From Candidatus Dormiibacterota bacterium (lineage in GTDB: Bacteria > Chloroflexota > Dormibacteria > CF-121): DNA of 64,000 nucleotides. A model generated the notes under the pieces. That model saw nothing but the letters and a program-made list of their open reading frames with translations. It made no database searches and was not told where the DNA came from. The DNA is taken from the NCBI GenBank assembly GCA_035936995.1, contig DASYVR010000025.1, positions 7,920-71,919 of the forward strand, given 5' to 3'. Positions 25,913-34,180 of the stretch are shown piece after piece (position 1 is the stretch's first letter; every line of letters starts with the position of its first letter). A program made the translations under genes and the position numbers.

Positions 25913-26690
25913 CCTTCACTACCGGCTGGAGGGGCCGCCGGGCGCGCCGGTGCTCGTGCTCTCGCATGCCCTCGGGCTGTCGATGGCGATGTGGGACCCG
26001 CAGCTGCCGCGCCTTTCCCGAGCGTTGCGGGTGGTTCGCTACGACCACCGCGGCCACGGCGGATCGCCGGTGCCGGCCGGCCCGTACCGGATCGAGGACC
26101 TCGGCCGGGACCTGCTGCACCTGCTCGACCGGCTCGCGCTCGAGCGGGTGGCGTTCTGCGGGCTCTCGCTCGGAGGGATGGTCGGCCTGTGGCTCGCTGC
26201 GAACGCGCCCGAGCGCGTCGACCGACTGGTCGTCTGCTGCACGGCCGCGCGCATGCCGCGGCCCGACGACTATGCCGCTCGGGCCAGGCTCGTGCGCGCG
26301 CAGGGGATGGCCGCGATCGCCGACGGCGTGATCGGTCGCTGGTTCACGCCGGCGTTCCTGGCCCGCCGGCCGGATGTCGTCGCCTGGATCAAAGCGCTGC
26401 TGCTGGCAACCCCGCCCGAAGGCTACGCCGCCACCTGCGAGGCGCTGGCAGCGATGGACCTGCGCGACGATCTGTCGCGGATCGCCGCGTCAACCCTCGT
26501 GATCGCCGCCGCGAAGGACCAATCGACGCCACCCGAGCAGTCGCGGGAGATCGCCCGACGGATTCCAGGAGCCGAGGTTGTGGTGATCCCCGACGCCGCC
26601 CACCTGGCGAACGTCGAGCAGCCCGAGGCCCTCACCGACCAGATCTTCGATCACGTGACCGCCCGCCGCCGACAGTCGCCGGCTGGCTGA
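25887..26690 (+). CDS. pcaD: 3-oxoadipate enol-lactonase (alpha/beta hydrolase)
   Basis: HALGLSMAMWDPQ, nucleophile elbow GLSLGG and C-terminal His context DAAHLANVEQPE. Overlaps the ligase 3' end by 26 nt. Confidence 0.85.
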   Translation: MATPPAPIDLHYRLEGPPGAPVLVLSHALGLSMAMWDPQLPRLSRALRVVRYDHRGHGGSPVPAGPYRIEDLGRDLLHLLDRLALERVAFCGLSLGGMVGLWLAANAPERVDRLVVCCTAARMPRPDDYAARARLVRAQGMAAIADGVIGRWFTPAFLARRPDVVAWIKALLLATPPEGYAATCEALAAMDLRDDLSRIAASTLVIAAAKDQSTPPEQSREIARRIPGAEVVVIPDAAHLANVEQPEALTDQIFDHVTARRRQSPAG

Positions 26691-26791
26691 TTGCAATTGC
26701 CACGGTCGGCGGCCACCGCCAGGGCACCACAATGGAACTATTCCGGTGGCGGCGTAGTTGCGCGTCAGCGCAAGGCAAATGGAGGTCCGAC

Positions 26792-27214
26792 ATGAACCCC
26801 GATGACTTTCCGGCACCAAAAGACGGCTTCGTTATCACCCACTTCCTGGTCGTCGCCGACCAGGATCGCGCCCGCGACTTCTACCAGAAGATCTTCGACG
26901 GCACGGTGCTCATCGAGCGTGACCCGGTGATCATGAAGGTCGCCAACTCGTGGCTGATCCTCAACGAGGGCGGCGGGCCGACGGACGACAAGCCGACCGT
27001 CACGCTGACGACGCCGCCCGACCCCAATCGCACGAGCGCGTTCCTCAATGTCCGGGTGGCCGACATCCAGAAGGTCTATAAGGAGTGGTCGGCCAGGGGT
27101 GCGACGTTCCTCACCGAGCCAAAAGACCACGGCCGCGAGATCCGCGCCTACATCCGTGATCCGGATGGCCATCTGATCGAAGTCGGCCAGACGACCGGCC
27201 GTCGCCCCGCCTGA
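26792..27214 (+). CDS. VOC family protein
   Basis: SD-like AATGGAGG upstream. Sequence pattern FYQKIFDG ... IRDPDGHLIEV. Track ORF 25991.. is over-extended. Confidence 0.75.
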   Translation: MNPDDFPAPKDGFVITHFLVVADQDRARDFYQKIFDGTVLIERDPVIMKVANSWLILNEGGGPTDDKPTVTLTTPPDPNRTSAFLNVRVADIQKVYKEWSARGATFLTEPKDHGREIRAYIRDPDGHLIEVGQTTGRRPA

Positions 27215-27221
27215 CCACCGC

Positions 27222-27629
27222 CTAACGAATCGCCTCGACCTTAACGCCGACTTTCAGCCGTGACCAGGCGTGGTCCGCTGTTACGGCTGGGACGTGGAGC
27301 CGAATGGCCAGTCCGAGGCAGGCCCGATCACCCAGGGAGAGCCCAAAAGCCTTGGTCCTTCGGTGCAAGTTGGCGATCATGACGGCGTCCTCAGCGGTCA
27401 ACGGAAACACGGCCAATTTGCCACCTAATATCCCTCGGCGTTGCAGGTTCTCCTTGACCTCGTCCGGGTCCTCGCCGATCTCGGCGAGCTTACTGAGGAC
27501 TTCGGCCAGGTTTACTGCGCTGATCGCCGAGCCGCGAACCAGCGCGTCCTCGACCACCTGGGCGCCAGCTTCATCGCTGAGATAGGCGAGAAGGGCAGAG
27601 GCGTCCAGGACGCAGCTTGCGTTTTCCAA
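27222..27629 (-). CDS. vapC: type II toxin, PIN-domain ribonuclease VapC
   Basis: PIN acidic residues in the contexts VLDASALLAYL, NLAEV and SLGDRACL. TTG start immediately after the vapB stop. Confidence 0.85.
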   Translation of the reverse strand: MENASCVLDASALLAYLSDEAGAQVVEDALVRGSAISAVNLAEVLSKLAEIGEDPDEVKENLQRRGILGGKLAVFPLTAEDAVMIANLHRRTKAFGLSLGDRACLGLAIRLHVPAVTADHAWSRLKVGVKVEAIR

Positions 27630-27917
27630 TCAGCGCGACGATGTCTCTCGCTTGGCTTCCGCTCGCCGGTCGGCGATGAGCTCATCGACAAGCGATCGGT
27701 GTCGTGCCTGCGCCCGGTAAAGCCCGCGTGTCTCCCTGACGGCCAGGCGTGGGCTCGTCAGGCGTAGCGAGCCGTCCGGCTGCACCGTGACAAGTAGTTC
27801 GTCACCCTCGCGGAGGTTCAGTTGCTTGCGGATCTCGGCAGGAAGGACCAGCCGCCCGCGGTCTCCGAGCTGAACGGGGAACGCTTCGGCGTGGGCCACG
27901 CCAGGAGTATACCACAC
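27630..27917 (-). CDS. vapB: type II antitoxin, AbrB/SpoVT-fold (VapB); the start may be the internal GTG
   Basis: Looped-hinge motif GRLVLPAEIRKQLNLREGDELLV. Sits directly upstream of vapC. Confidence 0.75.
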   Translation of the reverse strand: MWYTPGVAHAEAFPVQLGDRGRLVLPAEIRKQLNLREGDELLVTVQPDGSLRLTSPRLAVRETRGLYRAQARHRSLVDELIADRRAEAKRETSSR

Positions 27918-27927
27918 GTCAGTCGAT

Positions 27928-27953
27928 TTCCCACATCGAGCACAACGTGGGAA
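27928..27953. promoter_or_regulatory. inverted repeat upstream of vapB (candidate VapBC autoregulatory operator)
   Basis: TTCCCAC-N12-GTGGGAA, 10 nt upstream of the annotated vapB start. Confidence 0.35.
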
Positions 27954-28066
27954 CTTGGCGCTAGCCCGTCTTGACTGCCCTCAGGGAACGTCCTCTTAAC
28001 GGCCTCTCATAGGCTCTCCTCGAGAGCTCTTCCGTCTTGTCTTTTGGCACTTTCCGGTGCATCCTA

Positions 28067-28076
28067 GGAACGTTCC
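28067..28076. promoter_or_regulatory. perfect 10-bp palindrome GGAACGTTCC upstream of the DinB/VOC/maleylacetate-reductase cluster
   Basis: A near copy, GGGAACGTCC, lies at 27984-27993. TTGACT at 27971-27976 looks like a -35 element. Confidence 0.25.
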
Positions 28077-28080
28077 AGGG

Positions 28081-28110
28081 CCTCCAGCCTGCCCTCACGA
28101 GAGGGAGGGA
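28081..28110 (+). repeat. type-A repeat, degenerate copy (intergenic, upstream of the DinB-fold gene)
   Basis: CCTCCAGCCTGCCCTCACGAGAGGGAGGGA. Confidence 0.6.
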
Positions 28111-28144
28111 GTTGTACGAGGGGCCTGTCAGAGGAGGAAGCTGC

Positions 28145-28987
28145 ATGAGCGTCGAAGTCCGTCCGGCTCGCGTCAACACTATGGCCCCCGAAGGCAAGGA
28201 CCACCTACTGCGGGTCGTTCGCCGGGAGCGCCAGAAGTTCTACGACCTGATCGACAGCACCGACGACGAGACCTGGAAGACGCCGACCGCCTGTACCGAG
28301 TGGGAAATCCGCGACCAGGTGGGGCACCTTGTCGACGTAACCGAAGGCTATATCGAGCGGTTCGCCCTGGCCCGGGCTAAGAAGCCGTTCCCCGACGGTC
28401 TCGGGCTGCCCGGGATGTCCGGGATGCTCGATGAGGGGTCCAAGCGCTTTCGGACGTCGTCACGCGCCCAGCTGATCGCCCGGCTCAAGGAGTCGTCGAA
28501 CAAGCTGTTCGAGATCTTCGACGCGCTAACGCCGGAGCAGTGGACGGGCGAGCTGATCCCCCACGTCTACATGGGGCCCTTGCCCGCCATGATCTACCCG
28601 GCGTTCCAGCTCATCGACTACTCCGTCCACAGCTGGGATATTCGGGCGGGACTCGGGCAGGTGCAGCCGCTGAGCGATGATGCCGCGAACACCCTGATCC
28701 CATACATGTTCATCGTCTTGCAGGTCACGGTCGATGCGGAACAGGCCAAAGGATTCGATGCGACCTGGGGCGTCCGGATCAGCGGCGACCAGGGCGGTAG
28801 CTGGAAGCTGCAACTCAAGGATGGCAAGCTGACTTACGAAGAAGCGAGCGTCGCCGCGTGCCCGGTCGTGTTCAATTTCGATCCCAACGATTGGGTGCTC
28901 ACCGCCTACCAACGCTTCCCGGGCGGCGCGGCCATCGGCGACCGTGCGCTGGCGTATCGCATCCGGCGCCTATTCTTCAAAATCTAG
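28145..28987 (+). CDS. DinB-fold, mycothiol-dependent maleylpyruvate-isomerase-N-terminal-domain family protein
   Basis: SD GAGGAGGAA upstream. N-terminal pattern W..PTACTEWEIRDQVGHL. Track ORF 28037.. trimmed. Confidence 0.65.
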   Translation: MSVEVRPARVNTMAPEGKDHLLRVVRRERQKFYDLIDSTDDETWKTPTACTEWEIRDQVGHLVDVTEGYIERFALARAKKPFPDGLGLPGMSGMLDEGSKRFRTSSRAQLIARLKESSNKLFEIFDALTPEQWTGELIPHVYMGPLPAMIYPAFQLIDYSVHSWDIRAGLGQVQPLSDDAANTLIPYMFIVLQVTVDAEQAKGFDATWGVRISGDQGGSWKLQLKDGKLTYEEASVAACPVVFNFDPNDWVLTAYQRFPGGAAIGDRALAYRIRRLFFKI

Positions 28988-29000
28988 GGCGGGAGGAACG

Positions 29001-29504
29001 ATGGCCACCACCAAGGTCGATTACCAGGCGAAGCGCGAGGCGCTGAAGCAAGCCTATCTGAAGCCGAAGTCGAAGCGGCCGGCGACCAGCGCTCGGGGTA
29101 TTCACCACCTGGCGCTGATCTGCTCGGACATGGAACGGACGATCAAGTTCTACAGTCAGGTGCTCGGCTTCCCGCTGGTCGAGCTGTTCGAGAACCGCGA
29201 CCTGGCGAGTTCCACCCACTTCTTCCATGATCTCGGACACGGGAACCTGCTCGCCTTCTTTGATTTTCCCGAGGATCCGATGCCGCCCACTCGCGAATCG
29301 ATCGGCGGGATGCACCATGTCTCGATTTCGGTCCCTCGTGAGCAGCTCGATCGCATCCGCGGCGAGCTCGACAAGCGCGGTATCGAATACTTCGGCCCGG
29401 AGCGGGTCGAGAACTCCCTCTACTTCAAAGGCCCGGATGGGGAACTGCTGGAGATCGAGGCCGATCCGCTCGAAGTGATGGAGGGCCGTCCGCTCGCCCA
29501 GTAA
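29001..29504 (+). CDS. VOC family protein (glyoxalase/extradiol-dioxygenase fold)
   Basis: SD GGGAGGAA upstream. GIHHLALICSDMERTIKFYSQVLGF ... MHHVSISV ... YFKGPDGELLEI. Confidence 0.8.
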   Translation: MATTKVDYQAKREALKQAYLKPKSKRPATSARGIHHLALICSDMERTIKFYSQVLGFPLVELFENRDLASSTHFFHDLGHGNLLAFFDFPEDPMPPTRESIGGMHHVSISVPREQLDRIRGELDKRGIEYFGPERVENSLYFKGPDGELLEIEADPLEVMEGRPLAQ

Positions 29505-29643
29505 CGGCTGGACACTTCACGCGCCCCGCGTCCTCTTTGGCCGCGGGGCGATCGCTCGCGTTGGCACCGAGGCCGGGGCGCTCGGTGAACGCGTCCTTTT
29601 CGTCTGCACACCCAGCCTTAAAGCTTCCGCCCATGCTGATCGG

Positions 29644-30603
29644 GTGCGGGCGTCGCTCGGCGCGCTGATGGTTGCCGAGTTCACCGATGTCGCGCCGCAT
29701 GTTCCCCGCGATGCCGTCGACGCGGCGCGGACGCTCGCCGCCGAGAAGCAGGTCGACGTTGTGGTGGCAATGGGCGGTGGCAGTGCCATCGGGGTGGGGA
29801 AGGGGGTGGCACTTGGAGAGGGACCGCGGCCCACGCTGATCGCGATCCCCACCACCTACGCGGGCTCCGAAATGACCCCCGTCGTCGGCATCACCGATCG
29901 AGCAGCCGGAGAGAAACGGGTCCAGCGGGATCCGGCGGTCCTCCCAAAACTCGCGATCTACGATCCGGAAGTCACCCTGGATCTTCCGGCGGAATTGACT
30001 GCCGCGACGGCCATCAACGCGCTCGCCCATTGCGTCGAGGCCTGTTACGCCCGTGACGTCAATCCGGTGGTGCCGCCGGTGGCACTCGAGGGTATCCGGC
30101 TGATCGTCGGTTCGCTGCCGCGGTGTGTCGCGGCCGGTGATGACATCGAGGCTCGCGAGGATCTGCTGCGTGGCGCTTACCTGGCGGGCGTCAGCATCGC
30201 CAATGCGACGATGGCCCTCCATCACGGCCTCTGCCATGTGCTCGGTGGTCGCACCGGCGTGGCGCACGGGGTCCTCAACGCCATCATGCTCCCGCACGTG
30301 ATGCGCTTCAATGCCTTCGCCGCGCCCGAGGCGATGACCGCGATCGCGGATGTGATGGATGCGGGCCCCCACCCTGCTCTCCGCCCAAGGGGCAGGGAGA
30401 TTCCGCCCCCCACGGCCGCGGCCAGGGCAACGGCGGCGCTGGTCGCCTCGCTCCCGGTGCCGCAACGGCTTCGCGTTGCGGGCGTGCCGGAAGCGGTGCT
30501 CGACTCGGTCGCGGCGGAGGCCGCCGCCAACAGCACCGTCCGGGCCAACCCGAAGCCAGTCAGCGAGGCCGACGTCCGCGAGCTGCTGCGCGTGGCCTGG
30601 TGA
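29644..30603 (+). CDS. maleylacetate reductase (iron-containing alcohol dehydrogenase family). Family-like sequence continues in frame upstream to about 29512 with no canonical start
   Basis: GGGSAIGVGKG, IAIPTTYAGSE and HGLCHVLGG. The first ATG/GTG/TTG after the in-frame stop at 29476-29478 is GTG 29644. Contains a type-A repeat insertion. Confidence 0.75.
   Translation: MRASLGALMVAEFTDVAPHVPRDAVDAARTLAAEKQVDVVVAMGGGSAIGVGKGVALGEGPRPTLIAIPTTYAGSEMTPVVGITDRAAGEKRVQRDPAVLPKLAIYDPEVTLDLPAELTAATAINALAHCVEACYARDVNPVVPPVALEGIRLIVGSLPRCVAAGDDIEAREDLLRGAYLAGVSIANATMALHHGLCHVLGGRTGVAHGVLNAIMLPHVMRFNAFAAPEAMTAIADVMDAGPHPALRPRGREIPPPTAAARATAALVASLPVPQRLRVAGVPEAVLDSVAAEAAANSTVRANPKPVSEADVRELLRVAW
30366..30398 (+). 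repeat. type-A repeat, variant copy inside the maleylacetate reductase gene
   Basis: CCCCCACCCTGCTCTCCGCCCAAGGGGCAGGGA, translated as GPHPALRPRGRE. Confidence 0.75.
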
Positions 30604-30643
30604 CGCTAAACGGACACCCAAAGTGGGCCGAACGACCTAGTCT

Positions 30644-30991
30644 GTGGGGCCGGCCGGTGCGGATGATGGCACCACAGTGACCGTCAGCAGTCCAGCCACC
30701 CGTGTGCTCCTGATCGCTGATGACCCGAAAGCCGGCGAGATCTACTGTCGCGTGCTCGAGTTCGTGGGCTACGAAGTCAGTCAGGCGGCCAATTTCGTCG
30801 ATGTCCTCGGCACGCCGATGTCGGATGCCGACCTCATCGTTCTCTGCAATCTGGCCGCCCTCGCCTATCCAGGACAGGCGGCGCAGGTCATGAGGATTCC
30901 GGAGGGAACGGCCCCAGACGTACTTGTCGCCGAAGTTTATCGACGACTGGCGCCGAACCCGACATTGACCGCAACCCAAGCTGCCCGATGA
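30644..30991 (+). CDS. hypothetical protein, weakly receiver-like
   Basis: The pattern RVLLIADD ... DLIVLCNLA resembles REC beta1/beta3, with Cys at the acceptor position. No SD seen. Confidence 0.3.
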   Translation: MGPAGADDGTTVTVSSPATRVLLIADDPKAGEIYCRVLEFVGYEVSQAANFVDVLGTPMSDADLIVLCNLAALAYPGQAAQVMRIPEGTAPDVLVAEVYRRLAPNPTLTATQAAR

Positions 30992-31016
30992 CCGGTGCGG
31001 GCGGCTGACGCTGCGG

Positions 31017-31181
31017 CTACCGTTGCGACGCCGCCGGCGACGAGCTGACGACTGAGAACGTCACCGTCGGCCGGTCCGAGGCGGTTGCCTTGAAGAGCGC
31101 GTTCGTCAGGAACACGCTGGTCACCGCGAGCAGTACAAACACAACGACGGCGAAGCCAGCCTGTACGACTGACCGATTCAT
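31017..31181 (-). CDS. 54-aa single-TM hypothetical protein (below the ORF-track length cutoff)
   Basis: My translation: MNRSVVQAGFAVVVFVLLAVTSVFLTNALFKATASDRPTVTFSVVSSSPAASQR. Strong SD GGGAGGAAGGGAAGG immediately upstream of the ATG. Confidence 0.35.
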   Translation of the reverse strand: MNRSVVQAGFAVVVFVLLAVTSVFLTNALFKATASDRPTVTFSVVSSSPAASQR

Positions 31182-31249
31182 GCCTTCCCTTCCTCCCGAG
31201 GTTGATCCCTACCTGATCAACACCGACCGGCCGCAGAAAGTTACATACG

Positions 31250-31289
31250 CCCCCACCCCCACCCGACCCTCTCCCACAAGGGGGGAGGG
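31250..31289 (+). repeat. type-A repeat, variant copy (intergenic, upstream of the MFS gene)
   Basis: CCCCCACCCCCACCCGACCCTCTCCCACAAGGGGGGAGGG. Confidence 0.75.
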
Positions 31290-31364
31290 ACGAGCCGCTG
31301 GTCTTAGGTCCGGCGGGCCGGGTCGTCGCCTCTCAGGCGGTCGGGGGCCCGCCCGGTTGCTTGC

Positions 31365-32612
31365 TTGGCGCATCCTTACTATGTGCCCCTGGATTGGCGC
31401 CGCAACCTGGCCGCCCTTTGGCTGGCCGAGTTCACGGCCATCCTGGGCTTCTCCTTTGCGTTCCCATTCTTACCGCTCTTTCTGCACCGCGAGCTCCACA
31501 TCCCGAACGGTCCCGAGCTGGCCTTCTGGAGCGGCATCTCGGCGGGGACAACCGGCTTCGCGCTCGCGCTCACCAGCCCCATCTGGGGGCGGCTGGCCGA
31601 TCGCTACGGACGCAAGCCGATGCTGGTGCGCGCCATGGTCGGCGGCGGTATTTCCGTCGGGCTGATGGGACTGGCCCAGTCAGCGCTGCAGCTGACCGTG
31701 TTGCGCGGCGTTCAGGGGGCGAGCTCCGGAACGGTGGCGGCGGCAACCGCGCTGGTGGCAACGGAAACCCCGGCGGCGCACCTGGCCTGGGCGCTCGGGA
31801 TCTTGAGCTCGGCCATCTCGCTCGGGAATGCCGCGGGGCCCGCCGCCGGCGGGCTGGCAGCGAATCTCCTGGGGCTGCGCGCGATCTTCCTGGGCGGCGG
31901 CGTCCTGCTCCTGCTGGCGACGGTCCCGGTCCTGCTTTTCGTCCGCGAAAGCCCTCGCCGCTTCGCTCGCGCCGCGGCCCCGCCGGCGATGCAGGTGCTC
32001 CGGGGGGCGCGTCCGGGAACCGTGCAGGCGCTGGCGGTCCTGATGGTGGCGCAAGCCCTGCAGCAAACCAGCTACGGCGCGGCCCAACAACTCGTGGTCC
32101 TGCGCCTGCTCGAGCTGACCGGCGCAAATAATGCGCAATCGCTGACCGGCATCACCTTCGCGGCCGCCGGGGTTGCGACGGCTCTGGCCGCCGTCACCTA
32201 CTCGCGCCTGCTCCGCCGCACCAACTACCGCAGTCTGACCACGAGCGCGGCCGTCCTCATGGGGCTCGCCTTGCTCGCCACCGCCGCCGCCCGCACGCCC
32301 GCGCTGACCATCGGCGCGTTCGTGATCAGCAGCTTCGTCACCGGCTCCTTGATCCCGGCGTTTGGAGCCATGATCGGTCTTGAATCCCCGGCCAGCATCC
32401 AGGCGACCATCTTCGGCGTCGGCTCGAGCGCGATCGCGCTCGGCTTTGGCTTCGGTCCGCTGATCGGCGGCTTCGTCGCCTCCGCCGCCGGCGTTCGGTC
32501 TGCGCTGGTGGTGGCCGGTGGGATCGCGCTGGTCCTGGCCGTGCTGGTCGGCGTTTGGTCGCGGGAGCCGCGTCCTCACCAGCCGATCTCGCCGCAAGGC
32601 CTGCCTGCCTGA
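31365..32612 (+). CDS. MFS transporter (12-TM, DHA1-like)
   Basis: MFS loop motif GRLADRYGRKPML. Polytopic. TTG 31365 or GTG 31383 as start. Confidence 0.85.
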   Translation: MAHPYYVPLDWRRNLAALWLAEFTAILGFSFAFPFLPLFLHRELHIPNGPELAFWSGISAGTTGFALALTSPIWGRLADRYGRKPMLVRAMVGGGISVGLMGLAQSALQLTVLRGVQGASSGTVAAATALVATETPAAHLAWALGILSSAISLGNAAGPAAGGLAANLLGLRAIFLGGGVLLLLATVPVLLFVRESPRRFARAAAPPAMQVLRGARPGTVQALAVLMVAQALQQTSYGAAQQLVVLRLLELTGANNAQSLTGITFAAAGVATALAAVTYSRLLRRTNYRSLTTSAAVLMGLALLATAAARTPALTIGAFVISSFVTGSLIPAFGAMIGLESPASIQATIFGVGSSAIALGFGFGPLIGGFVASAAGVRSALVVAGGIALVLAVLVGVWSREPRPHQPISPQGLPA

Positions 32613-32723
32613 TCCTATCCCGACGGGCCTAAGATCAAAAGAAGGGATGCACCGGCAGGACCTGAACTTCGCGCCGTGGCCGTTACGAGCTGACGGCGGC
32701 GGCGATCATCCTGCGATGAGATC

Positions 32724-33182
32724 ATGGAAACGATGGCCGACGAACTAACATTGATCCGTTGCCCGAGCTGCGGCAAGCAGAATCGGGTACGACCGGCGGC
32801 GAGCGGGGTGCCGCATTGCGGCGCCTGCGGAGCGACGCTCCCCTGGCTGACTGAAAGCGGCGAAGCCGATTTTCCAACGGTGGTCGAGCAGAGCGGACTG
32901 CCGGTGCTCGTCGATTTCTGGGCGCCCTGGTGTGGCCCGTGCCGGATGGTCTCGCCCATCGTCGAGCAGATTGCCACGGAGCTGCCCGGGCGGATCAAGC
33001 TTGTCAAGGTCAATACCGACAGCGCCCCGAACCTGTCTCAGCGTTTTGGGATCCGCGGAATTCCCACCCTGATCCTCTTCGACCACGGCAAGGAGGCGGC
33101 GCGCGTCACCGGCGCCCTCGGCGCCCCCGCCTTGCGGAATTGGGTGGAGGGGCATTTGCCAAAGACGGCCGCCGCAAGCTAG
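32724..33182 (+). CDS. trxC: thioredoxin 2 type (N-terminal zinc-finger plus WCGPC active site)
   Basis: CPSCGKQN ... HCGACG, followed by DFWAPWCGPCRM. Confidence 0.85.
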   Translation: METMADELTLIRCPSCGKQNRVRPAASGVPHCGACGATLPWLTESGEADFPTVVEQSGLPVLVDFWAPWCGPCRMVSPIVEQIATELPGRIKLVKVNTDSAPNLSQRFGIRGIPTLILFDHGKEAARVTGALGAPALRNWVEGHLPKTAAAS

Positions 33183-34180
33183 GCCGCGGGGTTCCGGCCC
33201 TTGAAGACGTAGAAGAGCAGCCAGAGCGAGGGCGCGAGCACGGCCATCCCCAGAACGATGATGATCGCCAGCGCGAGCAAGCTCGTCTCCGGCGCGGCAC
33301 TTCCGTGAATGGTGAAGTCGGGCGGCACCAGTGCCGGCCACTGGCCCACTGCCCAGGCCCACAGCACGAAGACGATCTGCGCCGCGACCGCAATCCGGGC
33401 GATCCTCGGCTCCCCGCGCCAGACCGCGAACGCGGCGATCGGACCGTTCACCAGCGCGATGAGCAATAGCCAGAAACCCCGGCTCGTGAGCTCGGACCAC
33501 AACAGCGGGGCCTGGCGCCACGCGAGGACGAGGCCGACCAGGGCCAGAATGCCAGAGACGATCGCGGCGCCGAACGCGCGCCGGCGGAAATCGCCTTGCA
33601 ACGGCGGGTCGCCCTCCGTTTCGACCATCAGGAACGTTGCGGCCAGGTAGGCGCAAAGCGCGACGGCGAGCAGGGCCAGGTCGGCAGCCAGCCAGCTGAT
33701 CCAGCCCGCGGTCACGTCCTGCCCGCCGCCCGCACGGACCGATCCCACGGCGACGGCGGCGAGAGCGGCTCCGAGAAATGCCGGCGCGATGATGCTGGCC
33801 CCCCCGAAGACGTAGCCCCAGGGCGCGAGCTCGCCAATCGCCTCGTGGCCGTGAGCCTGAAAGGTAAACGCGGCGCCGCGCAGGATGATGCCCAGTAACG
33901 CGATCGTGAACGGCAGATACAGGGCGACGCTGAGTGCGGCGAAGACGGTGGGGAAGGCCGTGAACAGACCGGTCAGCAGAAAGATCAGCCAAACATGGTT
34001 GGCTTCCCACACTGGACCCATGGCGGCCGCGATCGCGGTCCGCTGGGCTCTTTTCCGTGGACCGGATGCGAAGAGATCCCAGACGCCGCCGCCGAAGTCC
34101 GCGCCGGCCAGCACGGCGTAGATGGTGAGCGCGAGCAAGAGGATTGCCGCGACGCCGTCGGCGAGCGTCAAACCCGTCAT
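33179..34180 (-). CDS. cydB: cytochrome bd ubiquinol oxidase subunit II
   Basis: Polytopic CydB pattern (DFGGGVWDL, WEANHVWLIF). The ATG overlaps the cydA stop (TAATG). Confidence 0.9.
   Translation of the reverse strand: MTGLTLADGVAAILLLALTIYAVLAGADFGGGVWDLFASGPRKRAQRTAIAAAMGPVWEANHVWLIFLLTGLFTAFPTVFAALSVALYLPFTIALLGIILRGAAFTFQAHGHEAIGELAPWGYVFGGASIIAPAFLGAALAAVAVGSVRAGGGQDVTAGWISWLAADLALLAVALCAYLAATFLMVETEGDPPLQGDFRRRAFGAAIVSGILALVGLVLAWRQAPLLWSELTSRGFWLLLIALVNGPIAAFAVWRGEPRIARIAVAAQIVFVLWAWAVGQWPALVPPDFTIHGSAAPETSLLALAIIIVLGMAVLAPSLWLLFYVFKGRNPAA

Noticed and set aside
29476-29510. Programmed frameshift or read-through fusing the VOC protein (29001..29504) to maleylacetate reductase
   Set aside because: I see no slippery heptamer and no downstream structure at the junction, and I know of no precedent for such a fusion in these families. 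A lost start codon or a sequence error is more parsimonious. The anomaly itself is reported as a finding.
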